Below are positions 1 to 9,171 of a stretch of DNA of 24,280 nucleotides, in pieces (positions within the stretch are counted from its first letter, which is position 1; every line of letters starts with the position of its first letter). The translations under genes and the position numbers were made by a program. The stretch is from Flavobacteriaceae bacterium. Lineage in GTDB: Bacteria; Bacteroidota; Bacteroidia; Flavobacteriales; Flavobacteriaceae. The notes below the pieces were generated by a model. It worked only from the letters and a program-made list of their open reading frames with translations. It had not been told where the DNA came from and made no database searches. The stretch is taken from contig JBDQNA010000001.1 of the NCBI GenBank assembly GCA_040261965.1, forward strand, positions 1 through 24,280, given 5' to 3'.

Positions 1-815
1 CCTGTAAGACGTTGGTCATTGTACGCACCATAAACTTCGATGTGCTCCTTTACAACAGGACGGAATGCTTCACAAATTTTATCATACGTTTCCTTTGAAC
101 CACAAGTTCTAAGTGTTGTGTTTGAGAAGTTTGCATGCATACCTGAACCATTCCAGTCAGTAGCACCGAGTGGTTTTGGGTGATAATCAATAGCTAGACC
201 ATAGTCCTCAGCCAAGCGCTCTAAAATATAACGGGCGATCCATATTTGATCACCTGCCTCGGCAGCACCTTTAGAAAAAATCTGAAATTCCCATTGTCCA
301 GGAGCTACTTCACCATTTGTTCCTTCTACGTTTAGTCCAGCATCCAAACAAATGTCGAGGTGTCGGTCCATGATCTCACGTCCGAAAGAGTTTTTTGCTC
401 CCACAGAACAGTAGAACTGGCCTTGTGGCGTTTGGTCTTTTGGAAAGCCAAGTGGAAGATTTGTTTCTGGATCCCATAAAAAGTATTCTTGTTCAAATCC
501 AAACCAGAAGTCATCATCATCTTCTTCAATGGTTGCACGACCGTTAGAAACGTGTGCTGATCCATCTGCATTAAGGACTTCAGTCATAACCAAATATCCA
601 TTTCTTCTTTCAGGGTCTGGGTAGATGGCAACAGGCTTTAAAAGACAGTCAGAAGACCCTCCCTCAGCTTGAAGCGTAGAACTACCATCAAAAGACCACA
701 TTTCGACATCCTCTAGTTTTCCAGAAAAGTCGCTAACTACTTTTGTTTTACTACGAAGGCTGGCAGTGGGCTTGTAGCCATCCAACCAAATGTATTCAAG
801 TTTTGATTTATTCAT
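1..815 (-). CDS. glnII: Glutamine synthetase type II (GSII, eukaryote-like), 3' end runs off the window; absent from the ORF track
   Basis: Manual translation from ATG at 815 gives MNKSKLEYIWLDGYKPTASLRSKTK...WSFDGSST...FGFEQEY...YCSVG...EGTNGEVAPGQWEFQI...DWNGSGMHANFS...YGAYNDQRLTG. It stays open to base 1 and carries the GSII motifs. Confidence 0.93.
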   Translation of the reverse strand, partial: MNKSKLEYIWLDGYKPTASLRSKTKVVSDFSGKLEDVEMWSFDGSSTLQAEGGSSDCLLKPVAIYPDPERRNGYLVMTEVLNADGSAHVSNGRATIEEDDDDFWFGFEQEYFLWDPETNLPLGFPKDQTPQGQFYCSVGAKNSFGREIMDRHLDICLDAGLNVEGTNGEVAPGQWEFQIFSKGAAEAGDQIWIARYILERLAEDYGLAIDYHPKPLGATDWNGSGMHANFSNTTLRTCGSKETYDKICEAFRPVVKEHIEVYGAYNDQRLT

Positions 816-835
816 GATTTTATAATATGATGAAA

Positions 836-843
836 CAAAAATA
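836..843 (-). promoter_or_regulatory. Bacteroidota housekeeping sigma -7 box (TATTTTTG) for GSII
   Basis: Plus strand CAAAAATA is TAnnTTTG on the minus strand, 20 nt upstream of the ATG at 815. No clear -33 TTTG; that position is occupied by a palindrome. Confidence 0.55.
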
Positions 844-854
844 AAATTTATAAT

Positions 855-878
855 ACACCCACTATGATAGTAGGGTGT
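855..878. promoter_or_regulatory. Palindromic candidate operator A1 (ACACCC-N12-GGGTGT)
   Basis: Perfect 6-bp inverted arms around ACTATGATAGTA, in the divergent GSII/GSIII intergenic region. It resembles the sites at 911, 13242 and 13299. Confidence 0.6.
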
Positions 879-910
879 CTTTTTATAAACATTATACATA
901 TTTTTATAAA

Positions 911-928
911 CCCCTTAAAATAGAGGGG
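911..928. promoter_or_regulatory. Palindromic candidate operator A2 (CCCCT-N8-AGGGG)
   Basis: CCCCTTAAAATAGAGGGG. Its centre is 53 bp from A1 and it shares the TTAAAATAG core with the site at 13299-13317. Confidence 0.6.
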
Positions 929-1014
929 ATATAATTACTAAATATGTAATATTCTTTAGTTTTTACATTAATTTCAAAATGACAAAACAACAAACGTAAT
1001 ACGGCTATTTGATG

Positions 1015-1022
1015 TATATTTG
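1015..1022 (+). promoter_or_regulatory. Housekeeping sigma -7 box (TATATTTG) for GSIII
   Basis: Exact TAnnTTTG match 23 nt upstream of the ATG at 1046. Confidence 0.6.
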
Positions 1023-1045
1023 TTACTTCCTAAAACCTTAAAATC

Positions 1046-3232
1046 ATGAATAAACTGCGTTTTCAAGCCATTCAGGACGCTGTCAGCCGCCTACCAAAAC
1101 CCTTTTATAACGATAAAATAAAATCATCGCTTTTTGCCAGTCACGTCTTTACTAAGAAGGTAATGCGTACATTTTTGACAAAACAAGCTTTTCTTGAAGT
1201 CGATGAAGCTATTGAAAAAGGCACAAAAATTAATCGAAATATTGCCGACCATGTAGCCGCTTCAATGAAAGATTGGGCCATGTCTATGGGTGCTACCCAT
1301 TATACACACTGGTTTCAGCCTTTAACTGGGGCTACTGCCGAAAAGCACGATGCCTTTTTTGACTTTGATTCTAACGGCGATAGCCTTGAGTATTTTGGGG
1401 GTTCGCAATTGGTGCAACAAGAACCAGATGCGTCTAGTTTTCCTAGTGGTGGAATTCGCAACACTTTCGAAGCAAGGGGATATACCGCATGGGACCCTTC
1501 ATCACCAGCCTTCATCTACGGTACCACGCTTTGTGTACCCACAATTTTTGTTTCTTATACAGGTGAAGCTTTGGACAATAAAACACCACTGCTTCGTGCA
1601 CTAAACGCAATTGACGATGCAGCTACACAAGTAGCCAAGTATTTTGATAAAAATGTTACACATGTGCACGCTACCCTTGGGTGGGAACAAGAGTATTTTC
1701 TCATTGATAAGGCACTAGCTTCTTCTAGACCAGATATTATGCTGACGGGCAGAACCCTGGTGGGTCACCCTCCCCCAAAAGGACAGCAGTTGGACGATCA
1801 TTATTTTGGATCAATTCCTTCTCGTGCTATTAATTTTATGCGCGAATTAGAATATGAATCTATGTTGCTGGGAATTCCTGTAAAAACACGTCACAATGAA
1901 GTAGCGCCGAACCAATTTGAATTAGCACCTATTTTTGAGGAAGCCAATCTTGCTGTTGATCATAACGCACTTCTGATGGATATTATGGGTAAGGTGGCCA
2001 GTAAGCATCACTTCAAGGTGCTGCTTCACGAAAAGCCTTTTTCTGGTATCAACGGATCTGGAAAACACAATAACTGGTCGCTGTCTACCAACACAGGTGT
2101 CAATCTCTTAAGCCCGGGGAAGACACCCATGAGTAACTTGCAGTTTTTGACATTTTTCATTACCACCATTAAGGCGGTTCAAAACTATGAATCTCTTGTG
2201 CGCTCTTCTGTAGCTAGTGCAGGAAACGACCACCGTTTGGGTGCTAATGAAGCGCCGCCAGCCATTGTTTCTATTTTTATCGGTTCTCAATTGTCAGCTG
2301 TCCTCGAAAACTTGGAACATGTCTCTAAGGGAAAGCTATCTCCCAAAGAGAAAACAGATTTAAAGCTTAATGTTGTGGGTAAAATCCCGGAGATATTGCT
2401 GGACAACACCGATAGAAACAGGACTTCCCCTTTTGCCTTTACAGGAAATAAATTTGAATTTCGTGCCGTTGGTTCCAATCAAAACTGCGCCATACCCATG
2501 ACTGTTTTAAATACTATCGTAGCCAAGCAGTTAATTGCATTTAAAAACGAAGTTGACGCACTTATTAAGTCCAAAAAACTTAAGAAAGATGACGCTATCT
2601 TTAATGTGTTGCGTGAGTATGTCAAGACCACAAAAAATATTTTGTTTGACGGAGATGGTTATAGCCAATCATGGGAAAAGGAAGCCAAAAGAAGAGGACT
2701 CTCTAATTTGAGGAAAACCCCAGAAGCTTTATCTGTTCGTATGAACAAAGATGTGATTGATTTGTTTGCATCTGTTAATGTCATGAATGTCGTTGAGCAA
2801 AAAGCGCGTTATGAAATTCAATTGGAACAGTATGTGCAAACAGTAGAAATTGAAAGCCTTGTATTAGAAAACCTGGTTAACAATCAAATACTTCCAACGG
2901 CATTTAAATACCAAAGCATGCTGATTGAAAATGTGAAAGGTTTAAAAGAAATCTACGGGGATGACTTCTCAAAATACGCGCCTGTTGCTATGAATGTTAT
3001 CGAAAAAATTAGTGGTATTACAGATAAACTGGCTACTGCTTGTGCAACACTTGCTAAAGAACGAACGAAGGCCAATAGCATGAGCAAGTTTGACGACAGT
3101 GCCCAAATGTATGCTAAAAACGTACTTCCCCTTTTTGATAAAATACGTGAATGTGTAGATGGACTAGAGCTTATTGTTGATGACTCCGCCTGGCCATTAG
3201 CCAAATATCGAGAACTATTATTTTTACGTTAA
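1046..3232 (+). CDS. glnN: Glutamine synthetase type III
   Basis: 728 aa, the typical GSIII length. Motifs ATHYTHWFQPLTG, AEKHDAF, LVQQEPDASSFPSGG, RNTFEARGYTAWD, HNEVAPNQFE, HEKPFSGINGSGKHNNWS, DRNRTSPFAFTGNKFEFRAVG. Confidence 0.96.
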   Translation: MNKLRFQAIQDAVSRLPKPFYNDKIKSSLFASHVFTKKVMRTFLTKQAFLEVDEAIEKGTKINRNIADHVAASMKDWAMSMGATHYTHWFQPLTGATAEKHDAFFDFDSNGDSLEYFGGSQLVQQEPDASSFPSGGIRNTFEARGYTAWDPSSPAFIYGTTLCVPTIFVSYTGEALDNKTPLLRALNAIDDAATQVAKYFDKNVTHVHATLGWEQEYFLIDKALASSRPDIMLTGRTLVGHPPPKGQQLDDHYFGSIPSRAINFMRELEYESMLLGIPVKTRHNEVAPNQFELAPIFEEANLAVDHNALLMDIMGKVASKHHFKVLLHEKPFSGINGSGKHNNWSLSTNTGVNLLSPGKTPMSNLQFLTFFITTIKAVQNYESLVRSSVASAGNDHRLGANEAPPAIVSIFIGSQLSAVLENLEHVSKGKLSPKEKTDLKLNVVGKIPEILLDNTDRNRTSPFAFTGNKFEFRAVGSNQNCAIPMTVLNTIVAKQLIAFKNEVDALIKSKKLKKDDAIFNVLREYVKTTKNILFDGDGYSQSWEKEAKRRGLSNLRKTPEALSVRMNKDVIDLFASVNVMNVVEQKARYEIQLEQYVQTVEIESLVLENLVNNQILPTAFKYQSMLIENVKGLKEIYGDDFSKYAPVAMNVIEKISGITDKLATACATLAKERTKANSMSKFDDSAQMYAKNVLPLFDKIRECVDGLELIVDDSAWPLAKYRELLFLR

Positions 3233-3233
3233 T

Positions 3234-4418
3234 ATGACAAAAAACCCTTCCAGTGAGCGTTATCAAATGCGTGGTGTATCTGCAGATAAAGAAGATGTAC
3301 ACGCAGCTATTGAGAATATAGATAAAGGACTTTTTCCAAAAGCGTTTTGTAAAATTGTTCCGGATTACCTTACTGGAGATGCCGACTATTGTTTGGTGAT
3401 GCATGCCGATGGGGCTGGCACAAAGTCATCTTTAGCATATATGTATTGGAAAAAAACGGGCGACCTTTCTGTGTGGAAGGGGATAGCTCAAGATGCACTG
3501 ATCATGAACATTGATGACTTACTCTGTGTAGGTGCTGTTAATGAAATTCTTATTTCATCGACCATTGGACGGAACAAAAACCACATTCCCGGTGAGGTCA
3601 TTAAAGCTATTATTCAAGGAACCAACGAGCTTGTAGATGAGCTTAATGCACAAGGTATGAAGCTAACGTTAACAGGTGGTGAAACCGCAGATGTTGGTGA
3701 CTTGGTGCGTACTATCATTGTGGATTCTACTGTAACGGCACGCCTAAAGCGCGATCATGTTATTGATAATGCCAACATCAAAGCGGGTGACGTAATTGTA
3801 GGATTGGCTTCTTATGGGCAAGCTTCCTATGAAACCGATTACAATGGCGGTATGGGTAGTAACGGACTTACCTCAGCACGTCATGATGTGTTTAACAAAT
3901 CTCTCGCTGATGAGTTTCCAGAAAGTTTTGATCCATTGGTGCCAAATAATTTGGTTTATACAGGGTCTAAAAACTTAGAAGATGCTGTCGAAGGTGTTGC
4001 TGTAGATGCGGGTAAGTTGGTGTTGTCTCCTACGCGTACATATGCACCTGTCATGAAAGCAATTTTAGATGCCTTTAGCCCTCAAGAAATTCACGGTGCA
4101 GTACATTGTAGTGGAGGCGCCCAAACCAAAGTGCTTCATTTTATTGATAACGGACATATTATCAAAGACAATATGTTTCCCATTCCCCCGCTATTCAAAA
4201 TGATTCAAGCCGAATCAAAAACAGATTGGCGTGAGATGTACAAGGTGTTTAATATGGGTCACAGGTTGGAGCTATACATTTCCCCAGAAAATGCAGATTC
4301 AATTATTAAAATCGCCAAATCGTTTAGCATTGACGCCCAAATTATAGGGCGTGTGGCTGAGCACCCAACAAAAAAACTTACCTTATCCACACCAAACGGA
4401 ACTTTCGAATATGCCTAA
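3234..4418 (+). CDS. purM: Phosphoribosylformylglycinamidine cyclo-ligase (AIR synthase, Bacteroidota type)
   Basis: YQMRGVSADKEDV, HADGAGTK, MNIDDLLCVGA, GGETADVGD, GMGSNGLTSARH, HCSGGAQTK, VFNMGHR. Confidence 0.9.
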   Translation: MTKNPSSERYQMRGVSADKEDVHAAIENIDKGLFPKAFCKIVPDYLTGDADYCLVMHADGAGTKSSLAYMYWKKTGDLSVWKGIAQDALIMNIDDLLCVGAVNEILISSTIGRNKNHIPGEVIKAIIQGTNELVDELNAQGMKLTLTGGETADVGDLVRTIIVDSTVTARLKRDHVIDNANIKAGDVIVGLASYGQASYETDYNGGMGSNGLTSARHDVFNKSLADEFPESFDPLVPNNLVYTGSKNLEDAVEGVAVDAGKLVLSPTRTYAPVMKAILDAFSPQEIHGAVHCSGGAQTKVLHFIDNGHIIKDNMFPIPPLFKMIQAESKTDWREMYKVFNMGHRLELYISPENADSIIKIAKSFSIDAQIIGRVAEHPTKKLTLSTPNGTFEYA

Positions 4419-5016
4419 GCTATTATTGATTATTGCAATTGCTGTTGGTGTGAATACGCTGTCTTACGCTCAAGAAGGGGAGGACCTGTTTATGCTATTT
4501 GACGAAAACATTGAAGCGCCACCTTTGCTTCCAGAACGCATGATTTTTACACAGCGAATTTTTTGGGGTGAAAAAGGTATTTTTAGAACTACAGGTGTTG
4601 CTCCCCTAACTATGGAACAGCGCCAAAAAGAGCTTAAGGTTCGTCGTATAATGCTTACCACACACCAAGTGCTTGGCTACGCAACTTTAGCAGCTATGGT
4701 TGCTCAAGGAATTATTGGCGGAAAATTATATAACGGAGACGACAGCTTGTATAGCCTTCATAAAACCATGGGTGATGTGGTGAATATTGGTTATTTTACT
4801 ACTGCGGGAATGTCTCTCTTTGCACCGCCTCCACTCATCAATAAAAAGGTGCGCGGATTCTCATCAATTAAAGCACATAAAATACTAGCAACTGTTCACT
4901 TTTCCGCTATGGTAGCTACAAACATATACAAAGACAAAAATCCTGAAATCCATAAAGGGGCCGCTTATACCGCCTTTGGAAGTTATGCGATGGCTGTTTT
5001 GGTTTTTAAATTTTAA
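4411..5016 (+). CDS. Uncharacterised membrane protein (201 aa) with a predicted signal peptide and four His-bearing helices; possibly cytochrome b561-like
   Basis: Preferred start is ATG 4411, which overlaps the purM stop and gives the signal-peptide-like MPKLLLIIAIAVGVNTLSYA/Q. His at 85, 117, 156, 163 and 181 lies at or near the start of hydrophobic segments. The function call is inference. Confidence 0.6.
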   Translation: MPKLLLIIAIAVGVNTLSYAQEGEDLFMLFDENIEAPPLLPERMIFTQRIFWGEKGIFRTTGVAPLTMEQRQKELKVRRIMLTTHQVLGYATLAAMVAQGIIGGKLYNGDDSLYSLHKTMGDVVNIGYFTTAGMSLFAPPPLINKKVRGFSSIKAHKILATVHFSAMVATNIYKDKNPEIHKGAAYTAFGSYAMAVLVFKF

Positions 5017-5017
5017 A

Positions 5018-5551
5018 ATGATACGTCACTTATTCCTCTTTTTAATTGTTTCTTTCTCATTAGGGGCTCAACAACTCCTAGTAGAAACCGCTGCATCAGA
5101 AATCACTTACGATGCCTCACATGTAGTACATGATTGGTCTGGTACTTCAAAACAAGTCCAAGGGGTGGTTGTGCTCAAGGATGCTGTCCCTTCTCGCATG
5201 GCTATTGCTACCTCAGTTGCCTCGTTTGATTCTAGAAATGAGGGTCGTGATGCTCACGCCCTTGAAGTGTTGGAGGCTTTAGTATTTCCAAAAGTTTCAT
5301 TTTACGCAGACACCTTTGCTTTAGAGGGCGAAACCCTAAGCATAACTGGGAATTTAAAATTTCACGGTAAAACAATACGCCTCACAACTACTGCCAATTG
5401 GGTTAAAAAAGAGGATGGTTGGTTGCTCGAAGGGGATTTTGACTTTAAGCCTTCTGAATTTGATATTACGCTTCCCGCCTTTATGCTTGTCAAGATTCGT
5501 GACAATATACATATCAGCTTTAGGTTGGAGTTGCGTACCTTTGCTTTATAG
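5018..5551 (+). CDS. YceI-family periplasmic polyisoprenoid/lipid-binding protein
   Basis: Start ATG 5018, 1 nt after the upstream stop. Signal peptide, then SEITYDASH..HDWSG, VASFDSRNEGRDAH (cf. RDxH), ITGNLKFHGKT, GDFDFKPSEFDI. Confidence 0.8.
   Translation: MIRHLFLFLIVSFSLGAQQLLVETAASEITYDASHVVHDWSGTSKQVQGVVVLKDAVPSRMAIATSVASFDSRNEGRDAHALEVLEALVFPKVSFYADTFALEGETLSITGNLKFHGKTIRLTTTANWVKKEDGWLLEGDFDFKPSEFDITLPAFMLVKIRDNIHISFRLELRTFAL
5536..5543 (+). promoter_or_regulatory. Internal -7 box (TACCTTTG) for prfA, inside the 3' end of the YceI gene
   Basis: TAnnTTTG followed by C, 11 nt before the prfA ATG. Confidence 0.45.
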
Positions 5552-5554
5552 TAC

Positions 5555-6634
5555 ATGCTACAAGAAAAACTACAGATTGTAAAACAACGTTTTGATGAGG
5601 TTTCTGATCTTATCATTCAGCCTGATATTATCGCTGATCAGAAGCGATACATTTCCTTGAATCGTGAATACAAGGATTTGAATGCATTGATGGAAAAACG
5701 TGCGGAATATCTAAGCCTTTTAGGTAATAAGGATGAGGCAGAGGCCATTATTTCAGAAGAGAAGGATCCTGAGATGCTTGCAATGGCTAAAGAAGAATTG
5801 GATGTTTCCTCAAAAAAACTACTTTCCCTTGAAGATGAAATTCGCTTTATGCTTATTCCCAAGGATCCTGAAGATGTTAAAAATGTTATGATGGAGCTTC
5901 GTGCAGGTACAGGCGGTGATGAGGCGAGTATTTTTGCCGGCGACTTGTTCCGTATGTATACGAAATATTGTGAGGGTAGGGGCTGGAAGGTAAACGTTGT
6001 GGATATGAGCGAAGGTACTTCTGGTGGATTTAAAGAAATTATTTTTGAAGTAAATGGAGACCACGTATATGGGACATTAAAGTTTGAATCTGGAGTTCAC
6101 CGTGTTCAACGAGTGCCACAAACCGAAACCCAAGGACGTGTTCATACATCAGCAGCTACTGTTATGGTACTGCCCGAAGCGGAGGAGTTTGATATAGAGC
6201 TCGATATGTCTGAGATTAGAATTGAGCGTACTACCTCAACAGGCCCAGGAGGTCAGTCAGTTAATACAACCTATTCTGCTATCAAATTGCATCATGAGCC
6301 AACAGGTATGATTGTCAGTTGCCAAGATCAAAAATCTTCTCACAAGAATCTTGAAAAGGCTTTGAAGGTACTGCGTTCAAGACTCTATGACATGGAGCTT
6401 GCCAAAAAGCAGGCTGCTGATTCAGAAAAACGAAAAAGTATGGTTTCTTCTGGAGATCGATCTGCTAAAATAAGAACGTATAATTATCCACAAGGACGTG
6501 TCACAGACCACCGCATTGGATTAACTTTGTATGATCTGCAAAATATCATCAATGGAGATATTCAAAAGCTGATTGATGAAATGCAACTCTATCAAAATAC
6601 CGAGAAACTCAAATTTTCAGACGAATTGCTGTAG
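5555..6634 (+). CDS. prfA: Peptide chain release factor 1
   Basis: GGQ motif (GPGGQSVN), PxT recognition loop ([13 protein letters not shown]), [26 protein letters not shown]. Confidence 0.97.
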   Translation: MLQEKLQIVKQRFDEVSDLIIQPDIIADQKRYISLNREYKDLNALMEKRAEYLSLLGNKDEAEAIISEEKDPEMLAMAKEELDVSSKKLLSLEDEIRFMLIPKDPEDVKNVMMELRAGTGGDEASIFAGDLFRMYTKYCEGRGWKVNVVDMSEGTSGGFKEIIFEVNGDHVYGTLKFESGVHRVQRVPQTETQGRVHTSAATVMVLPEAEEFDIELDMSEIRIERTTSTGPGGQSVNTTYSAIKLHHEPTGMIVSCQDQKSSHKNLEKALKVLRSRLYDMELAKKQAADSEKRKSMVSSGDRSAKIRTYNYPQGRVTDHRIGLTLYDLQNIINGDIQKLIDEMQLYQNTEKLKFSDELL

Positions 6635-6635
6635 T

Positions 6636-7451
6636 ATGACACGACAAGATTTATACAATCAAATTCAGTTGAAAAAATCATTCTTGTGTTTGGGTCTAGA
6701 TCCTGACCTAGAGAAAATGCCTAATCAGTTTATTGCTTCAAGCGAAGAACCCCTTTTTGATTTTTGTAAGGCCATAGTTGATGAAGTGCAACACCTTTGC
6801 GTAGCGGTCAAAATAAATACAGCATTTTTTGAAGCTTATGGCGAAACGGGGTATGCATCTTTGTCTAAACTCATACATTATATTAAATCACACTATCCCG
6901 ATTTATTCACAATTGCTGATGCCAAACGTGGCGATATAGGCAACACATCTTTGCGCTATGCTAAGGCCTTTTTTGAAGCCATGCCCTTTGACGCCATTAC
7001 CATAGCTCCTTATATGGGTAAAGACTCCGTTGAACCTTTCTTAACATATAAAGACAAGCATGCCATTTTATTGGCCTTGACTTCTAATCATGGAGCTGAT
7101 GATTTTCAAGTAGCTAAAAATGCGGAAACCCCATTATTTAAAGAAGTACTGACCACTTCTTTAAACTATGAAAATGCCGATAGGCTTATGTATGTGGTTG
7201 GCGCTACTAAAGCAGAATATTTAAAAGAAATTAGAGTATTAGTACCTGATGCATTTTTGTTGATACCAGGTATTGGTGCACAAGGCGGTAGCCTTAAAGA
7301 TGTTTTTGAAAATGGTGCAAATAAACAAATAGGTCTTTTGGTTAACTCGTCTCGTGGGATTTTATATGCCAGTAAGGGTGAAGATTATGTTACTGCTGCT
7401 GCTAAAGTTGCTGCTTCACTTCAAAATCAAATGCAAAAACTACTCGCCTGA
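6636..7451 (+). CDS. pyrF: Orotidine-5'-phosphate decarboxylase (type 2 subfamily)
   Basis: LCLGLDPD, KINTAFFE, DAKRGDIGNT, LLIPGIGAQGG, NSSRGILYA. Start placed at ATG 6636, just after the prfA stop. Confidence 0.95.
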   Translation: MTRQDLYNQIQLKKSFLCLGLDPDLEKMPNQFIASSEEPLFDFCKAIVDEVQHLCVAVKINTAFFEAYGETGYASLSKLIHYIKSHYPDLFTIADAKRGDIGNTSLRYAKAFFEAMPFDAITIAPYMGKDSVEPFLTYKDKHAILLALTSNHGADDFQVAKNAETPLFKEVLTTSLNYENADRLMYVVGATKAEYLKEIRVLVPDAFLLIPGIGAQGGSLKDVFENGANKQIGLLVNSSRGILYASKGEDYVTAAAKVAASLQNQMQKLLA

Positions 7452-8233
7452 TGCTGCATTACAGTCGCTTCATACATCAAACATCTTCTGAATGGGTCAC
7501 CTTTGTTCACGGCGCAGGAGGTAGTTCGTCTATTTGGTTTAAACAAGTGCGCGACTATGCCAAGCATTACAATGTATTGTTGCTAGATCTTCGTGGTCAC
7601 GGGAATTCTAAACCCACTATTAAACGCGCCTTTGAAAAGCGGTATACCTTCGATAGTATTGTTGATGATATTATTGAAGTTTTAGATCATGAAAAGATTA
7701 AAAGTTCCCATTTTATAGGTATTTCTCTGGGTACTATATTGATTCGTCAATTGGCAGAGAATCATCCTGAACGTGTTTCGAGCATGATTATGGGCGGCGC
7801 AATTATGAAACTTAATTTTAGATCACAGATATTAATGCGTCTGGGGAATATCGTTAAGTCGGTGATACCTTACTTGTGGCTCTATCGTTTTTTTGCATTT
7901 ATTATCATGCCTAAAAAAAACCATCGTGAGTCTAGGTTGCTTTTTGTTCGTGAGGCAAAAAAACTTTATCACAAAGAGTTTTTACGTTGGTACAGGCTTA
8001 CTTCAGAACTAAAGCCATTACTTCGATTGTTCAGACAGGTAGATGTTGGCATTCCTACGCTCTATGTCATGGGAGAAGAAGACTATATGTTTCTGCCTAG
8101 TATACAAAAGTTGGCTGCAATGCACCAGACATCGCGAATAACTGTAGTCCCTGATTGTGGACATGTTGTTAACGTAGAACAGCCTACGTTTTTTAATACG
8201 ACAACGCTGCGTTTTCTGAAATCCCTTAACTAG
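7451..8233 (+). CDS. Alpha/beta-fold hydrolase
   Basis: FVHGAGGSS oxyanion loop, DLRGHG, nucleophile elbow GISLG, GEED, CGHVVNVEQP. TGATG overlap with pyrF. Confidence 0.88.
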   Translation: MLHYSRFIHQTSSEWVTFVHGAGGSSSIWFKQVRDYAKHYNVLLLDLRGHGNSKPTIKRAFEKRYTFDSIVDDIIEVLDHEKIKSSHFIGISLGTILIRQLAENHPERVSSMIMGGAIMKLNFRSQILMRLGNIVKSVIPYLWLYRFFAFIIMPKKNHRESRLLFVREAKKLYHKEFLRWYRLTSELKPLLRLFRQVDVGIPTLYVMGEEDYMFLPSIQKLAAMHQTSRITVVPDCGHVVNVEQPTFFNTTTLRFLKSLN

Positions 8234-9084
8234 GTAAATATCACAGTTTTGTTTCCATAGACAAGCACCTTTTTCTCAACGTGGTGCTTAACGGCATTTG
8301 CCAATACCATTTTTTCCAAATCTCGCCCTTTGGCAATTAATTGCGAAACACTATGGTTGTGTGATACGTGTGCCACTCCCTGCTCAATAATTGGTCCTGC
8401 ATCCAGTTCTTCTGTAACATAGTGACTGGTAGCGCCAATGATCTTTACGCCCCGTTCGAAAGCGGAATGATAGGGCTTTGCTCCTGGAAAGGCAGGTAAA
8501 AATGAGTGGTGAATGTTGATAATTTTATTCCCGTATGCTTCAATAAGATCTGTAGGTATGATTTGCATATAACGCGCAAGAACCACAAAATCCACCTTGT
8601 GTTTTGCCAAGAGCGCAAGTTGTTGTATTGTAGCAGCTGCTTTTGTTTCTTTGGTTACTGGAGTGTGGAAAAAAGGGATGTCAAAGGCTTTTGCTATTGA
8701 GGCTAAGTCTTCGTGATTGCTCAGTATAAAGGGGATTTCAACGGCGAGTTCTCCAGACTTATAACGTCCCAATAAATCATAAAGGCAATGATCGTATTTT
8801 GATACAAAAATAGCCATCTTCGGTTTGTAGTGTAGTGGCTGGTGACTCCAAGTCATGTTGTATTCGTTTGCCAGTTCGTTTTCAAACAGACTAACAAAAT
8901 TTTGATACGAACATAGTTGTTCGTCTAATTCGGCTTGAAGGCGCATAAAAAAAGCACCATTTTCTCTGTCAACATACTGGTCAATGTATTGGATGTTTCC
9001 TTTTTGTTGGTAAACAAAAGAAGTTACATCTGCAATAATTCCCTTCTTGTCTGGACACTGAATAACAAGTGTAATGGCGTACAT
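8230..9084 (-). CDS. purU: Formyltetrahydrofolate deformylase
   Basis: N-terminal ACT domain (CPDKKGIIA), VSKYDHCL, VVLARYMQI, INIHHSFLPAFPGAKPY, GATSHYVT, LDAGPII. Start placed at ATG 9084 (284 aa). Confidence 0.96.
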   Translation of the reverse strand: MYAITLVIQCPDKKGIIADVTSFVYQQKGNIQYIDQYVDRENGAFFMRLQAELDEQLCSYQNFVSLFENELANEYNMTWSHQPLHYKPKMAIFVSKYDHCLYDLLGRYKSGELAVEIPFILSNHEDLASIAKAFDIPFFHTPVTKETKAAATIQQLALLAKHKVDFVVLARYMQIIPTDLIEAYGNKIINIHHSFLPAFPGAKPYHSAFERGVKIIGATSHYVTEELDAGPIIEQGVAHVSHNHSVSQLIAKGRDLEKMVLANAVKHHVEKKVLVYGNKTVIFT

Positions 9085-9098
9085 ATGTTGTTTTGCTG

Positions 9099-9106
9099 CA
9101 AACATA
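9099..9106 (-). promoter_or_regulatory. Possible -7 box (TATGTTTG) for purU
   Basis: Plus strand CAAACATA, directly after the amt terminator and 14 nt before the purU ATG. Confidence 0.4.
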
Positions 9107-9109
9107 CAT

Positions 9110-9149
9110 AAAAAACAAACCCGAGTGTTTATAAAAAACGCTCGGGTTT
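9110..9149 (-). terminator. Intrinsic terminator after the PII-amt genes
   Basis: AAACCCGAGTGTTT-N5-AAACGCTCGGGTTT (14-bp arms, one mismatch), followed on the minus strand by GTTTTTT. Confidence 0.8.
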
Positions 9150-9171
9150 AGGTTGCTAATTAGTTGTTGTG

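Noticed and set aside
332-571. 79-aa minus-strand ORF from the track
   Set aside because: It is an out-of-frame shadow inside the GSII gene.
816-1045. Glutamine (glnA) riboswitch or sigma54/NtrC sites at the GS promoters
   Set aside because: The leaders are short and AT-rich, with no recognisable aptamer, no TGGCA-N6-TTGC and no TGCAC-N7-GTGCA.
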